Shown: positions 1 to 8,559 of the stretch, one piece after another | Layout: the number at the start of each line of letters is the position of its first letter | Position numbering within the stretch: the first letter of the stretch is position 1 | Translations under genes and position numbers: made by a program | From: Candidatus Saccharimonadota bacterium | GTDB taxonomy: Bacteria > Patescibacteriota > Saccharimonadia > Saccharimonadales > Saccharimonadaceae | Assembly (NCBI GenBank): GCA_001029695.1 | Contig: CP011211.1 | Span: forward strand, 810,001-842,000 | Reading direction: 5' to 3' | DNA: 32,000 nucleotides | Notes under the pieces: model-generated | What the model saw: only the letters and a program-made list of their open reading frames with translations | Told to the model about the DNA's origin: nothing | Databases searched by the model: none

Positions 1-35
1 AGCGTAATTTTGTATATCTAGGTAGAATAGGGAGA

Positions 36-824
36 ATGAATATTGTAGAAATAATTGTACTTGGCCTCATACAGGGGTTGACGGAGTTCATACCAATTAG
101 TAGTTCGGGTCATTTGGTTATTGCGCAAAACTTTTTTTCGGGCTCTGCGGACCATCTCTTTCTCGAATTTATCAATATTGGAACAATGCTTGCTTTGTTT
201 GTTTACTTCCGCAACCGTATCTGGTCGATTATCGTAGATGTATTTGTAAAACGTAATATACGACTAGCATTGAATATAGTGATTACGGCCGTACCGGCTG
301 GAATAGTAGGGTTACTTTTAGCTGATTTTATTGGTTCTTCAGCCTTTTTTGGCAGTATGTACGTAGTAGTTGTAACCCTTTTTGTGGTTGGAGTACTTAT
401 GGTGGTGCTCGAACGGTTGCCGAAGGCTTCGAAGGTGCGTTCGATGGAAGAGCTACCTAAACGACGTGCTTTTGTAATCGGCCTTGCTCAAATGGTTGCG
501 CTTATACCTGGCGTATCGCGATCCGGCTCAACGATCATCGCGGGACGCCTGGCAGGGTTTAGCGCTGCTGAGGCCGCTGAATACAGCTTTCTTGCGTCCC
601 TACCGATTATGATGGGAGTAACGCTAAAAGTATTTGTGAGTGATTATGCATATCTTTCCGATCATCTCGGCATGTTGATAGTTGGAAATATCGTTGCGTT
701 TGCATCTGGGTTGCTTGCAGTGGGATTTTTGATGAAATATCTTTCTCGTCATGGCCTAGCTGTGTTTGGCTGGTATAGGATTGCACTTGCGTTTGTGCTT
801 GGGCTTATCCTTTTGCTACAATAA
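36..824 (+). CDS. uppP: undecaprenyl-diphosphate phosphatase (UppP/BacA)
   Basis: 262-aa polytopic membrane ORF. It has the family motifs LTEFIPISSSGHL near the N-terminus and PGVSRSGSTI centrally. The ATG is preceded by GGGAGA. Confidence 0.9.
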   Translation: MNIVEIIVLGLIQGLTEFIPISSSGHLVIAQNFFSGSADHLFLEFINIGTMLALFVYFRNRIWSIIVDVFVKRNIRLALNIVITAVPAGIVGLLLADFIGSSAFFGSMYVVVVTLFVVGVLMVVLERLPKASKVRSMEELPKRRAFVIGLAQMVALIPGVSRSGSTIIAGRLAGFSAAEAAEYSFLASLPIMMGVTLKVFVSDYAYLSDHLGMLIVGNIVAFASGLLAVGFLMKYLSRHGLAVFGWYRIALAFVLGLILLLQ

Positions 825-849
825 GAAGCAACAGAACTAAAGGAGAAAT

Positions 850-1362
850 ATGAGCTCAGAAAATAACGTCCAAAAAACACTCGTTGTGTTTAAGCCAGAT
901 ACAGTACAGCGCGGCCTTGTCGGTGAGATCCTTACTCGTTTTGAGCGAGTTGGCCTAAAAATTGTTGCAACAAAGATGATTGCCCCAAACAAAGAACACT
1001 ACTATAAACACTACGAAGAGATCGGTAAGATGGTAACTCGTCGTGGCGAACATGCGTTTGGTGTAACACTTGAAATGATGGTACAGGGTCCCGTTATTGC
1101 AATGGTGTTTGAGGGTGTCGAGGCGGTTGCGTTGACGCGTAAGCTGGTTGGTCCGACTGAGCCGAAGTCAGCACTTCCTGGTACAATTCGTGGAGATTAT
1201 TCACATATGAGTTTCGGTTATGCTGATGACGAGAACAAGGGTATTCCAAACCTTATTCACGCAAGTGGTGATCCTGAAGAGGCTGAAAAAGAGATTGACC
1301 ATTGGTTTGCGGACTCTGAACTCTACGAGTATCAGGCGCTTCACGAGAAATTTACTCGCTAA
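850..1362 (+). CDS. ndk: nucleoside-diphosphate kinase
   Basis: 170-aa ORF. KTLVVFKPDTVQRGLVGEILTRFERVGLKIVATKM and GTIRGDY are typical Ndk sequences. AAGGAG lies upstream of the ATG. Confidence 0.9.
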   Translation: MSSENNVQKTLVVFKPDTVQRGLVGEILTRFERVGLKIVATKMIAPNKEHYYKHYEEIGKMVTRRGEHAFGVTLEMMVQGPVIAMVFEGVEAVALTRKLVGPTEPKSALPGTIRGDYSHMSFGYADDENKGIPNLIHASGDPEEAEKEIDHWFADSELYEYQALHEKFTR

Positions 1363-1425
1363 AGCGGCTACATCATGGCGGCAGCCTGCGTATTGGTAGC
1401 TGTCGCTATGATACAATGAGCACAC

Positions 1426-1502
1426 GCCTCGGTAGCTCAACTGGATAGAGCAGATCCGTCCTAAGGATAAGGTTGCAGGTTCGACTCCTGCCCGGGGTAC
1501 CA
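1426..1502 (+). tRNA. tRNA-Arg (anticodon CCU), CCA encoded
   Basis: Hand-folded cloverleaf. Acceptor GCCTCGG/CCGGGGT (two G-U pairs), D arm GCTC/GAGC, anticodon loop GTCCTAA, T arm GCAGG-TTCGACT-CCTGC, discriminator A, then CCA. The 27-43 pair is mismatched and position 32 is G, so the fold is slightly atypical. Confidence 0.85.
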
Positions 1503-1671
1503 CGAAAAGCAGATCAGCTGAACAGATTTTTTTCTTGGATAAAATAGATCGCGAATTCAGGAAGTCACCCCTCGCCGTACTGACCGCACTTGACTATGCA
1601 GGCATTGATTTATATTAATTATTATGCTAAAATATATAAACGGCTGATAGCTAAAGCAGACACCATAATTA

Positions 1672-2550
1672 ATGAATCACAATAAAACAAACACTAACCT
1701 ATCAAAGCAGGACAGAAATAGTCTTGACTACGTGCGTAACTCCTTAATTCATACGCGCGAGGTCCTGGCGATACCCGAGGTACGCAAAAAGCTCGGTGAC
1801 TACGCAGCTCATCTCTCAGGAGTTATGTACGATGCTACGCCTGTGGATGTATATGACGGTACCGTGGAAATGGGACATATAGGCAGTGAGCGTCTTGCGG
1901 TCGCTGCTCTCGGGTTAGGTGAACAGGCTATGCGTGCAACAGGCAGCTATATCATAGATGACCGTCAGGTACAGTCGCTTGAACGCGAGTACGGCACTGA
2001 GCGTGCACTACAGATAAAAAAGAGACAGAGGGATATACTTGACCGGAAACCTCCTGGACAACTACCTGCATTAGGCGAGGAGCTTGGGTACATTAGCTCT
2101 AAGGCAACCAGTGTAACGGATACTCATAAGCTCATTAACCGACCGCTGCTTGTACTCAACCGGGACATCTCAAACCTACCTTATGCAGATGCTCCGCTTA
2201 TACTACATGAGATGACGCATGTACACCAGATGCGACGTGAGCCATTATTTAGATACGATCATGAGTATGACGCAAATACAGAGGATGTGTCTCATGAGCT
2301 AGAGGCTTATCATGTTACTGCTATGACGATACTGGGCATAATGGAGGCAGGCAGAGAAAGGGAGTTTCTATCCTCTATGCCGAGCCGCAGTATGAGTAAA
2401 ACGATCGAAATCGAGACGATTCGACGAGAAAACGCAGATCTAAATAACCCTTTCAAGCCAAATAAGAATATCATTAGAGGTCTTGTGGATAATGAACTTC
2501 GAATTACGAAAGTCATAGAGCAAATAATCAAAGATCGAAAAAGTAGATGA
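1672..2550 (+). CDS. hypothetical protein with HExxH motif (putative zinc-metallopeptidase-like)
   Basis: 292-aa ORF with no signal peptide or TM segment. HEMTH is at nt 2206-2220 and SHELEAYH follows about 28 aa downstream. I do not recognise a family. Confidence 0.6.
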   Translation: MNHNKTNTNLSKQDRNSLDYVRNSLIHTREVLAIPEVRKKLGDYAAHLSGVMYDATPVDVYDGTVEMGHIGSERLAVAALGLGEQAMRATGSYIIDDRQVQSLEREYGTERALQIKKRQRDILDRKPPGQLPALGEELGYISSKATSVTDTHKLINRPLLVLNRDISNLPYADAPLILHEMTHVHQMRREPLFRYDHEYDANTEDVSHELEAYHVTAMTILGIMEAGREREFLSSMPSRSMSKTIEIETIRRENADLNNPFKPNKNIIRGLVDNELRITKVIEQIIKDRKSR

Positions 2551-2641
2551 GAGCTATCTGATCACTAGGCTTGTCTTGTCATGAGTAGTGGATCAGAGGG
2601 GCATTAACTTCATTCACTACTGAGAACCATAGTATTTTTTT

Positions 2642-2672
2642 ACAACACTTTCAAGTAAGTGTTGTTTTTAAT
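2642..2672 (+). terminator. intrinsic terminator downstream of the HExxH gene
   Basis: Stem ACAACACTT / AAGTGTTGT with loop TCAAGT, followed by TTTTTAATT. Confidence 0.7.
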
Positions 2673-2726
2673 TACTCCCCTAGAACTCATCTGCTATGAA
2701 CAGGGGTGACTTTTGTGTGGTTGTAG

Positions 2727-2732
2727 TATAAT
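2727..2732 (+). promoter_or_regulatory. -10 box TATAAT placed 6 nt before the ATG (leaderless start)
   Basis: TATAAT at 2727-2732, spacer AGTGAC, ATG at 2739. There is no room for a Shine-Dalgarno sequence. Confidence 0.5.
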
Positions 2733-2738
2733 AGTGAC

Positions 2739-3269
2739 ATGTCTAAAAAACGCCAATCAGATGATCAGCTTGATTTTGAAGGTCAACGTGATGGTGAAGA
2801 GCTGTTGTTTATTTTTCGGCGACACCCAATTGCTATGAGGAAAGGGTATTACGTTCTTTTAACCCCATTTGTACTTGGTTCAATACCGCCACTTATTTGG
2901 CAGACGAATCTAGAGTTATTTCTTTTGCCATTTGCTGGGCTCGGACTTGGCCTAGTGCTTTTTTCTTACCACTTCTTAATGTGGTATTTTACTATCTACA
3001 TAGTCACCGATCAACGGATACGGCAGATCACTCAACATGGATTTTTTGGTAAAGATGTCGTTGAGCTTCGTTTGTCAAAAGTACAAAACATAAGCTATAA
3101 TATACCAGGATTCAGTGGAGAAATGTTTGGCTATGGAACGATCGTGATACAGACGTTTGTCGGTGATCTTATAATCAACAAAGTTGAACATCCCGATACT
3201 ATTTATAACAAGCTACAGGACGCTGTCAGTAACGCAGCAAAGCAGGAACAATATGAAGAAACTACTTAA
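2739..3269 (+). CDS. membrane protein with bacterial PH (YdbS/YdbT-like) domain
   Basis: 176 aa. Two TM helices are followed by YIVTDQRIRQI...LSKVQNISYNIPGFSGEMFGYGTIVIQT, the pattern of bPH_2-type proteins. Confidence 0.65.
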   Translation: MSKKRQSDDQLDFEGQRDGEELLFIFRRHPIAMRKGYYVLLTPFVLGSIPPLIWQTNLELFLLPFAGLGLGLVLFSYHFLMWYFTIYIVTDQRIRQITQHGFFGKDVVELRLSKVQNISYNIPGFSGEMFGYGTIVIQTFVGDLIINKVEHPDTIYNKLQDAVSNAAKQEQYEETT

Positions 3270-4323
3270 AGCGAGAAAACAAAAGAAGCAAGAAGAGCGG
3301 TCATCTCGTATTACGAACGAGACGGTTGCTGAGCATCGCGAACGCATCTTGGCGAGCGGGCGACGCTTTAAGTATCCGATGCAATACGCTCGACATCGCT
3401 TAGTGTTTAACACAATTCTCATCAGTGTCGCGGCATTAATTGCGATCACCTTGCTTGTGTGGTGGCAGCTATACCCTCAGCAGAATAGTTCAACGTTCTT
3501 CTATCGCATTACTAAAGTACTCCCACTTCCCGTGGCATCTGTTGACGGAGAGTCGGTGCGCTATAGCGATTACCTAGCGGAATATCGCTCTCAGATGCAC
3601 TATCTAGAGACAAAAGAGGTCGCCAACCTTGATGATGCTTCAAAGAAGCGGCAGACAGACTTTATTAAAGATCGTGCGATGGAAAATACTATTGCCGATA
3701 CATACGCCGCTAAGATAGCTCGAGAGAAGGGGGTCAAGCTAACAAAACAGCAGATTGATGACGCAACTGAGCGCTATCGACAGTCGCGCGATGGCACTAT
3801 CTCGCAGGAGACATATGATGCTATCGTTCTCGATCAGTATAACTGGACACCACAGGAGGCTCGTGGAGTAACTGAACGTCGCCTGTTGCGGCAAGAAGTC
3901 TCGTACGCGGTTGATGACAATGCTACTGCCGCTCGTGACAAAGTAGTCGCTGCACTGCAGACAGAAAAAGATTTCGCAAAAGTTGCCGCTACTGTTGGCG
4001 GTGCAGGTGATAGTAAGGTTACAACCTGGGCGACGACACTCGTGCCGCGCAGTAATCGTGACGCAGGACTTGCGGCTGCTGCTTCTAAGTTGAAAAAGGG
4101 TGAGACATCTCAACCGTTTAAATCAACAACTGGAGACGGGTACTACGTTGTTCGTCTACTAGAGACAGACAATAACTCTCAAATTAGCTATGAAGTTATA
4201 AAAATTCCATTGACTAAGTTTACTGAAATGCTGAAGGACCTTAAGAAGAATAATAAGATCAATAAGTATATCAAGCTTGAGGCTGTAGAGGCTCAAACTA
4301 GTCCGACAACACTAAGCCAGTAA
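3253..4323 (+). CDS. membrane-anchored SurA/PrsA-like parvulin-type peptidyl-prolyl isomerase
   Basis: I start it at the internal ATG 3253 (MKKLLKARKQKK...), which overlaps the upstream gene by 17 nt. It has one N-terminal TM. The C-terminal DFAKVAA...LKKGETSQPFKSTTGDGYYVVRLLE resembles a parvulin domain, with GYH replaced by GYY. The start is uncertain; the ORF opens at 3184. Confidence 0.6.
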   Translation: MKKLLKARKQKKQEERSSRITNETVAEHRERILASGRRFKYPMQYARHRLVFNTILISVAALIAITLLVWWQLYPQQNSSTFFYRITKVLPLPVASVDGESVRYSDYLAEYRSQMHYLETKEVANLDDASKKRQTDFIKDRAMENTIADTYAAKIAREKGVKLTKQQIDDATERYRQSRDGTISQETYDAIVLDQYNWTPQEARGVTERRLLRQEVSYAVDDNATAARDKVVAALQTEKDFAKVAATVGGAGDSKVTTWATTLVPRSNRDAGLAAAASKLKKGETSQPFKSTTGDGYYVVRLLETDNNSQISYEVIKIPLTKFTEMLKDLKKNNKINKYIKLEAVEAQTSPTTLSQ

Positions 4324-4336
4324 AAGGAGTGCAGAT

Positions 4337-4930
4337 ATGTTCACATTACCTCAGTTAGAGTACGACTATGATGCTCTAGGGAAATATATTAGCAAGGATA
4401 TTATGGAGCTTCATCACGCAAAGCACCATCAAGCATATGTCGACAAGCTAAATGTGGCAATTGACGCAGCCCCTGGCCTACAGGAGCGTCCACTTGAAAC
4501 CCTGCTTACGGGGCTCGACTCACTACCTGAGGCGGTGCGGACAGCGGTCCGAAACCAAGGTGGTGGTCATTATAATCATACGAAGTTTTGGCAATGGATG
4601 TCACCTGATGGCGGAGGACAGCCTGGTGGCGCACTAGGAATGGCTATAGATGCTAAATATGACAGCTATCAAGCTTTTGTTGATGAATTCACAAGGCAGG
4701 CGCTTGGTGTGTTCGGAAGTGGTTGGGTGTGGTTAAATAGCGATCTTTCAATTAGTACAACACCAAACCAGGACTCACCGATTATGACGGGAGAAAATGC
4801 CCCGCTACTTGGTCTGGACGTTTGGGAGCACGCGTATTATCTTGATTATAAAAATAAGAGAGACGACTATGTTCATGCGTGGTGGAATGTTGTGAACTGG
4901 GACCGCGTGACACAAGAGTATCACCCGTAG
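4337..4930 (+). CDS. sodA: Fe/Mn-family superoxide dismutase
   Basis: LPQLEYDYDALGKYISKDIMELHHAKHHQAYV and DVWEHAYYLDYKNKR are hallmark SOD motifs. AGGAG lies 7 nt upstream of the ATG. Confidence 0.92.
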   Translation: MFTLPQLEYDYDALGKYISKDIMELHHAKHHQAYVDKLNVAIDAAPGLQERPLETLLTGLDSLPEAVRTAVRNQGGGHYNHTKFWQWMSPDGGGQPGGALGMAIDAKYDSYQAFVDEFTRQALGVFGSGWVWLNSDLSISTTPNQDSPIMTGENAPLLGLDVWEHAYYLDYKNKRDDYVHAWWNVVNWDRVTQEYHP

Positions 4931-4938
4931 TATCAACT

Positions 4939-4968
4939 AAAAACCCTCCTATGATTGAGGGTTTTTTT
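4939..4968. terminator. bidirectional intrinsic terminator between sodA and the convergent surface-protein gene
   Basis: AAAAACCCTC-ctatgatt-GAGGGTTTTTTT. The stop codon of the minus-strand gene (4949-4951) lies in the loop. Confidence 0.75.
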
Positions 4969-6496
4969 CTTGCAGCTCTTTTTCTTTCGCAATTTCAAAC
5001 ATATCTTTGGGGATCTCATCGTCAAACCCGGGCTTTAAGGCGCTGGGATTTGTTGGTGGAGCAACCGGCGTATAGCCGTACCCCGTAGATGAGGGCGTAT
5101 CGAAAGGTGTGGTTTGTTCTGCACTAGAGTCAAGCTGGGCGGCCTCCTCTTGTACTCGTTTTTGATATGACTTCCAATCATAACCATCGTCGATAACGAC
5201 AGATGATCCCATTGAATTACTATTAAACCCTGCTTCGAGGTGACGTCGACGATACACCATAAAGACCATTACCGCCGCACCGAGCAGCAGACTTCCTCCG
5301 ATAAGAACACCCACAAACATTAAAATTGATGTGCTTGAATTAGATTTTTCTGAATCCTGTACCCCGGTACCGGCAAGTGAAAAACTAAAGGTCTGCTGCT
5401 CTGGAGGTCCTGCTGCGGGGATTTCTTTTGGAGCAACTGAGAAGTTAATGCTTTTTGTTTCACTCCCAGAGCTAATGCTTCCGGTATAGTTACCTTCGGC
5501 AAGTGTTAATGATAGAGTACCAGTGTTTGCTACTGCATAAGTTTTTTGTCCAATCTTCACCTTGGCATCGCTAGCGGGACTTTCTCCGATTCGGACGGCG
5601 ATAACTACAGGATAGCCTCTTGTTGTAAATGATCCTGTATAGCTACTTTCTTTTCCGTCGGCGGCTTTTCCGTTGATACTAAAATACGCACGAACCCCTG
5701 GCTTCATGCCGTTAATTGATGCCTCAAAAGAGCCATCATCCTTTTTAGTAGGAGTGAGCTTTGTTGTCGCTTCTTGTCTTGAAGGGCCGTAGAAGATGTC
5801 GCCAGCTGCACCAGCTGCTAGCTTCCAATTTATTGTCGCACCTGAGTAGTTTGTGACAATAGATACGCCACTAACGACTCCGCTTGCATCGACCGTAGGC
5901 TCTTCTTCCTCTGGGGTGACAGGCTCCTCTGGCGTAGGAGTAGGTGTGGGGGTAGGAGTCGGTGTTGGATTTGGCGTAGGAGTAGGTGTGGGGGTAGGAG
6001 TCGGTGTTGGATTTGGCTTTGGAGGGTTTGGATCTATGATATTGAACGATGCATTAGAGCGACCCGTTGTTTTGTTGTTGAGGCTACTGCCATCTGAGAA
6101 GCCAATATTTGCAGTGCCGGCCGCCGTCGCCTTGAAAGTGATCGTCATTATGAGTACCTGTCCGGTTGGTGTCGGTGTTTTTGCGGCGTTAAAGTTTATG
6201 ACGCCATTTCCTGGGGTAATGCTTGGTGACCCGTAGTCACTTCCAGCGGAGCTAGTTGCACTGACGGATAGTAGGTTAGAGGGAAAGATGACGGCGCCAG
6301 TGGCTCTTCCGGTCGTTCCTTCTTCAACGTAGCCACGTACCTTAACTTCGAAAGATGTTCCAATATTCATCTGAGATGAGCCTGGCGTGAGGTAGAAGGT
6401 ATTACCTGCCGCGTATGCCGAAGGCGCTGGCATGAGCCAAAGTACCATAAGAAAAATGGCGAATACTATAGAGGATAGTGAGGTTATTTTTTTCAT
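4949..6496 (-). CDS. type-I membrane surface protein: signal peptide, cohesin-like domain, Pro/Thr linker, FN3-like domain, Ig-like beta-sandwich, TM, cytoplasmic tail
   Basis: I start it at ATG 6496 (MKKITSLSSIVFAIFLMVLWLMPAPSAYAAG is a signal peptide); the longer ORF to 6658 is rejected. The segment FEVKVRG...ITFKATAAGTANIGF is cohesin-like. The (PT)n linker is followed by TINWKL...YFSINGK (FN3-like), then GYPVVIAVR (CarboxypepD_reg-like). The TM is ILMFVGVLIGGSLLLGAAVMVFMVY followed by RRRH. Confidence 0.75.
   Translation of the reverse strand: MKKITSLSSIVFAIFLMVLWLMPAPSAYAAGNTFYLTPGSSQMNIGTSFEVKVRGYVEEGTTGRATGAVIFPSNLLSVSATSSAGSDYGSPSITPGNGVINFNAAKTPTPTGQVLIMTITFKATAAGTANIGFSDGSSLNNKTTGRSNASFNIIDPNPPKPNPTPTPTPTPTPTPNPTPTPTPTPTPTPEEPVTPEEEEPTVDASGVVSGVSIVTNYSGATINWKLAAGAAGDIFYGPSRQEATTKLTPTKKDDGSFEASINGMKPGVRAYFSINGKAADGKESSYTGSFTTRGYPVVIAVRIGESPASDAKVKIGQKTYAVANTGTLSLTLAEGNYTGSISSGSETKSINFSVAPKEIPAAGPPEQQTFSFSLAGTGVQDSEKSNSSTSILMFVGVLIGGSLLLGAAVMVFMVYRRRHLEAGFNSNSMGSSVVIDDGYDWKSYQKRVQEEAAQLDSSAEQTTPFDTPSSTGYGYTPVAPPTNPSALKPGFDDEIPKDMFEIAKEKELQEKNPQS
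5931..6014 (-). repeat. perfect 42-bp x2 tandem repeat inside the Pro/Thr linker
   Basis: 5931-5972 is identical to 5973-6014. Each unit encodes PNPTPTPTPTPTPT. Confidence 0.95.
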
Positions 6497-6566
6497 GTTT
6501 ATATTGCTTATGTTTGTGTTGTTAGTATAGCATAAATGTGTCGCGATGAAGAGGGTGGTGTGGCTA

Positions 6567-8411
6567 TTATCGATTATGCAAGATCGCAAGTTCGCCGGTC
6601 TTCTCGTCGTATATAGCTTCCGGTGTCGTGGCTGGTGTCTCTGAGTGAGGAGCTTCACTATTACTTGCGGGTGAAAGAGTATCTATTTTCTCATTGAATT
6701 GAGCTGTAGGTGCTTGCGTGTTTATAGATTGCTCGGGGACTTCTTGTGCTTCGATTGCGGATAGAGCGACTGTGTCTTGCATCTGGCTACTTAATTGCTG
6801 CTGGTACTGGTCTTCTTGAGGAAGGTCGCTTTCATAAGGGTTCGTATCATAGGAGTCAGTGTTTGGTGTAGGTTCTTGATTGAATGTATCTATGGGGCTA
6901 TTCGTCATGGTCGTGGCAGGATATGGATAGTCCGTTTGCTCAGGGAATGACTGATCTTCATAGTTGATAGAAGGCGCCATTTGAGGGCCAGTGGGCGGTT
7001 CAATTGGTGGTGGTGTAAAGCTTGTTTCTGTTCGGGCTGACATAGCGGATAGGTACTCTATTGGTATGGTTGATTCTTCGTTTTCGGTGTGTTTTCTTCG
7101 ACGGATGAGAAGAAAGATTACCCCGCCCGTAAAAATAATAAAGCCAAGTACTGAGGCGAGTATTATGCCGAGTGAGCCCATGTTGAAGTTACCTACCGCT
7201 TGTTTGGTGGAGAGGTCGAAGTTGTAGGTTTGCCGCTCCGGTCCCTTATCATCAGTGGATGGAATATCCTTTTTTGCTACAACAAATGATACTGATTTTG
7301 ATAGCTCACCACTTTTTAACGTTCCGCTGTATGATCCTGCTGCCAGGTCGAGAACGATTGCGTCGTCTGCCTGAGTCTTATAGAGGGTGTTATTGAGGGC
7401 AAGTTCGCTATTTTTGAGACGAGTGTCGCCATCCGATGCTGTAATTACAACGGGATATCCTTTTGTTGTGAAAACCCCATCATAGCTGTCAACCTCTCCC
7501 AGGCTGTTTGTACTGCTAATTTTAAAGTAATATGTCTTCCCAGGCTCCAGGTTGTCTATGAGGCCTGTGAACTTAGCTTCCGTGGAGGTTACTTCGACAG
7601 TTTTATCTAATTTTGTGCGATTAGTGCCATACGAAAGTGTAGTGGTCGCCTCTTTGAGCTGTTGCCAGCTCAAAGCGGCTTTTTTGTAGTAGCGAGCGAT
7701 GCGTACGTTGCTCAGTATGTCTGCGTTCTTTTTTTCATCTTTTTGTTCATCGGGGCTTGTGGACGGCATAGGAGTTTCTTCAGCTGGTGGCGGAATGGTT
7801 TCAGGTTGAGGGGTTGTTGGGGTAGGATTTGGTTTCGGTGTTGGGGTAGGATTTGGTTTCGGCGGCGTCACTGGTGGGGTAACGGGTGGCGTCACCGTAG
7901 GACCTACTACGGTATATGTACCACCACTGTGACTCGTCGCATCATTGTTGTAGGTGCTTGCATTAACTCGTATGCCGTTACTAAATCCCACTTGAGCCGC
8001 ACCTGCTTCGATCGCCTGGAACGTGACCGTGAAGAGAAGTAGGTTGTTGCCTGTGGGTGGCCCTACGTATACATCCTGGCTTGTGAATGCGATTGTTCCG
8101 TTCGCATTATTAGGGGTTACTGTCATTTTATTAAAGTTACTACCGGTTGCTGATGCACTAAGAACTTTGAGTTGCGACTTGGGGAAGTTGAGTGTTCCTG
8201 TTGTTGTCCAGGTTGTCGCCCATATCCATCCACCGATGGGTGCTGAATTTGCTCGTGCCTGAATAGTGAAGGTGTCACCTTTATTGAGCTGCTGTGCCGA
8301 GGGGGTGAGGTATGCGCTCGTCACACTTGCATGGACCGTATGCGAAAAAACAAGTGCAAATACTAGTATGAAACTAGCGAGCGGCTTGAGATGTTGTAGG
8401 GGTTTGAGCAT
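6567..8411 (-). CDS. paralogous type-I membrane surface protein (cohesin-like, P/T linker, FN3-like, beta-sandwich, TM, long acidic/Q/P-rich tail)
   Basis: 614 aa. Signal peptide LASFILVFALVFSHTVHA. It shares the domain order of the neighbour and has clear local identity with it (GVFTTKGYPVVI vs GSFTTRGYPVVI; LAAGSYSGTLKSG vs LAEGNYTGSISSG). The TM is LGIILASVLGFIIFTGGVIFLLI followed by RRRKH. Confidence 0.8.
   Translation of the reverse strand: MLKPLQHLKPLASFILVFALVFSHTVHASVTSAYLTPSAQQLNKGDTFTIQARANSAPIGGWIWATTWTTTGTLNFPKSQLKVLSASATGSNFNKMTVTPNNANGTIAFTSQDVYVGPPTGNNLLLFTVTFQAIEAGAAQVGFSNGIRVNASTYNNDATSHSGGTYTVVGPTVTPPVTPPVTPPKPNPTPTPKPNPTPTTPQPETIPPPAEETPMPSTSPDEQKDEKKNADILSNVRIARYYKKAALSWQQLKEATTTLSYGTNRTKLDKTVEVTSTEAKFTGLIDNLEPGKTYYFKISSTNSLGEVDSYDGVFTTKGYPVVITASDGDTRLKNSELALNNTLYKTQADDAIVLDLAAGSYSGTLKSGELSKSVSFVVAKKDIPSTDDKGPERQTYNFDLSTKQAVGNFNMGSLGIILASVLGFIIFTGGVIFLLIRRRKHTENEESTIPIEYLSAMSARTETSFTPPPIEPPTGPQMAPSINYEDQSFPEQTDYPYPATTMTNSPIDTFNQEPTPNTDSYDTNPYESDLPQEDQYQQQLSSQMQDTVALSAIEAQEVPEQSINTQAPTAQFNEKIDTLSPASNSEAPHSETPATTPEAIYDEKTGELAILHNR
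7815..7862 (-). repeat. perfect 24-bp x2 tandem repeat in the linker of the second surface protein
   Basis: TGTTGGGGTAGGATTTGGTTTCGG occurs at 7815-7838 and again at 7839-7862, encoding the PKPNPTPT repeats. It is followed by imperfect 12-bp VTPP repeats. Confidence 0.9.
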
Positions 8412-8520
8412 TAGTTTTAATTAACGGTATTTTTTATTTTTTTTGATGGAATTATACAGTATATATAGTACCATATTTTTTATGCTTACAACAGGGGGCG
8501 ATTGTTGCAATAATGAAAAT

Positions 8521-8540
8521 ACCACTCCGAGTGGAGTGGT
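8521..8540 (-). terminator. hairpin terminating tRNA-Asp (possibly bidirectional)
   Basis: ACCACTCC-gagt-GGAGTGGT. It is flanked by a T-run on the plus strand and by ATTTTCATTATT on the minus strand just downstream of the tRNA. Confidence 0.6.
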
Positions 8541-8559
8541 ATTTTTTATAATCATTTCA

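Noticed and set aside
1201-1503. 100-aa minus-strand ORF
   Set aside because: It runs antisense through the 3' end of ndk and straight through tRNA-Arg. Its N-terminus (MVPRAGVEPAT...) is simply the translated tRNA complement.
5853-6236. 127-aa plus-strand ORF rich in GVGVGV
   Set aside because: It is antisense to the Pro/Thr linker of the surface protein. It is a low-complexity artefact of the repeat.
6497-6658. N-terminal extension of the first surface-protein ORF (ORF-track start at 6658)
   Set aside because: The extension overlaps the upstream paralog's 3' end and encodes no signal peptide. The internal ATG at 6496 yields a textbook signal peptide.
7662-8042. 126-aa plus-strand Trp/Arg-rich ORF
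   Set aside because: It is antisense to the P/T linker of the second surface protein. It has no start-site signals and an implausible composition.
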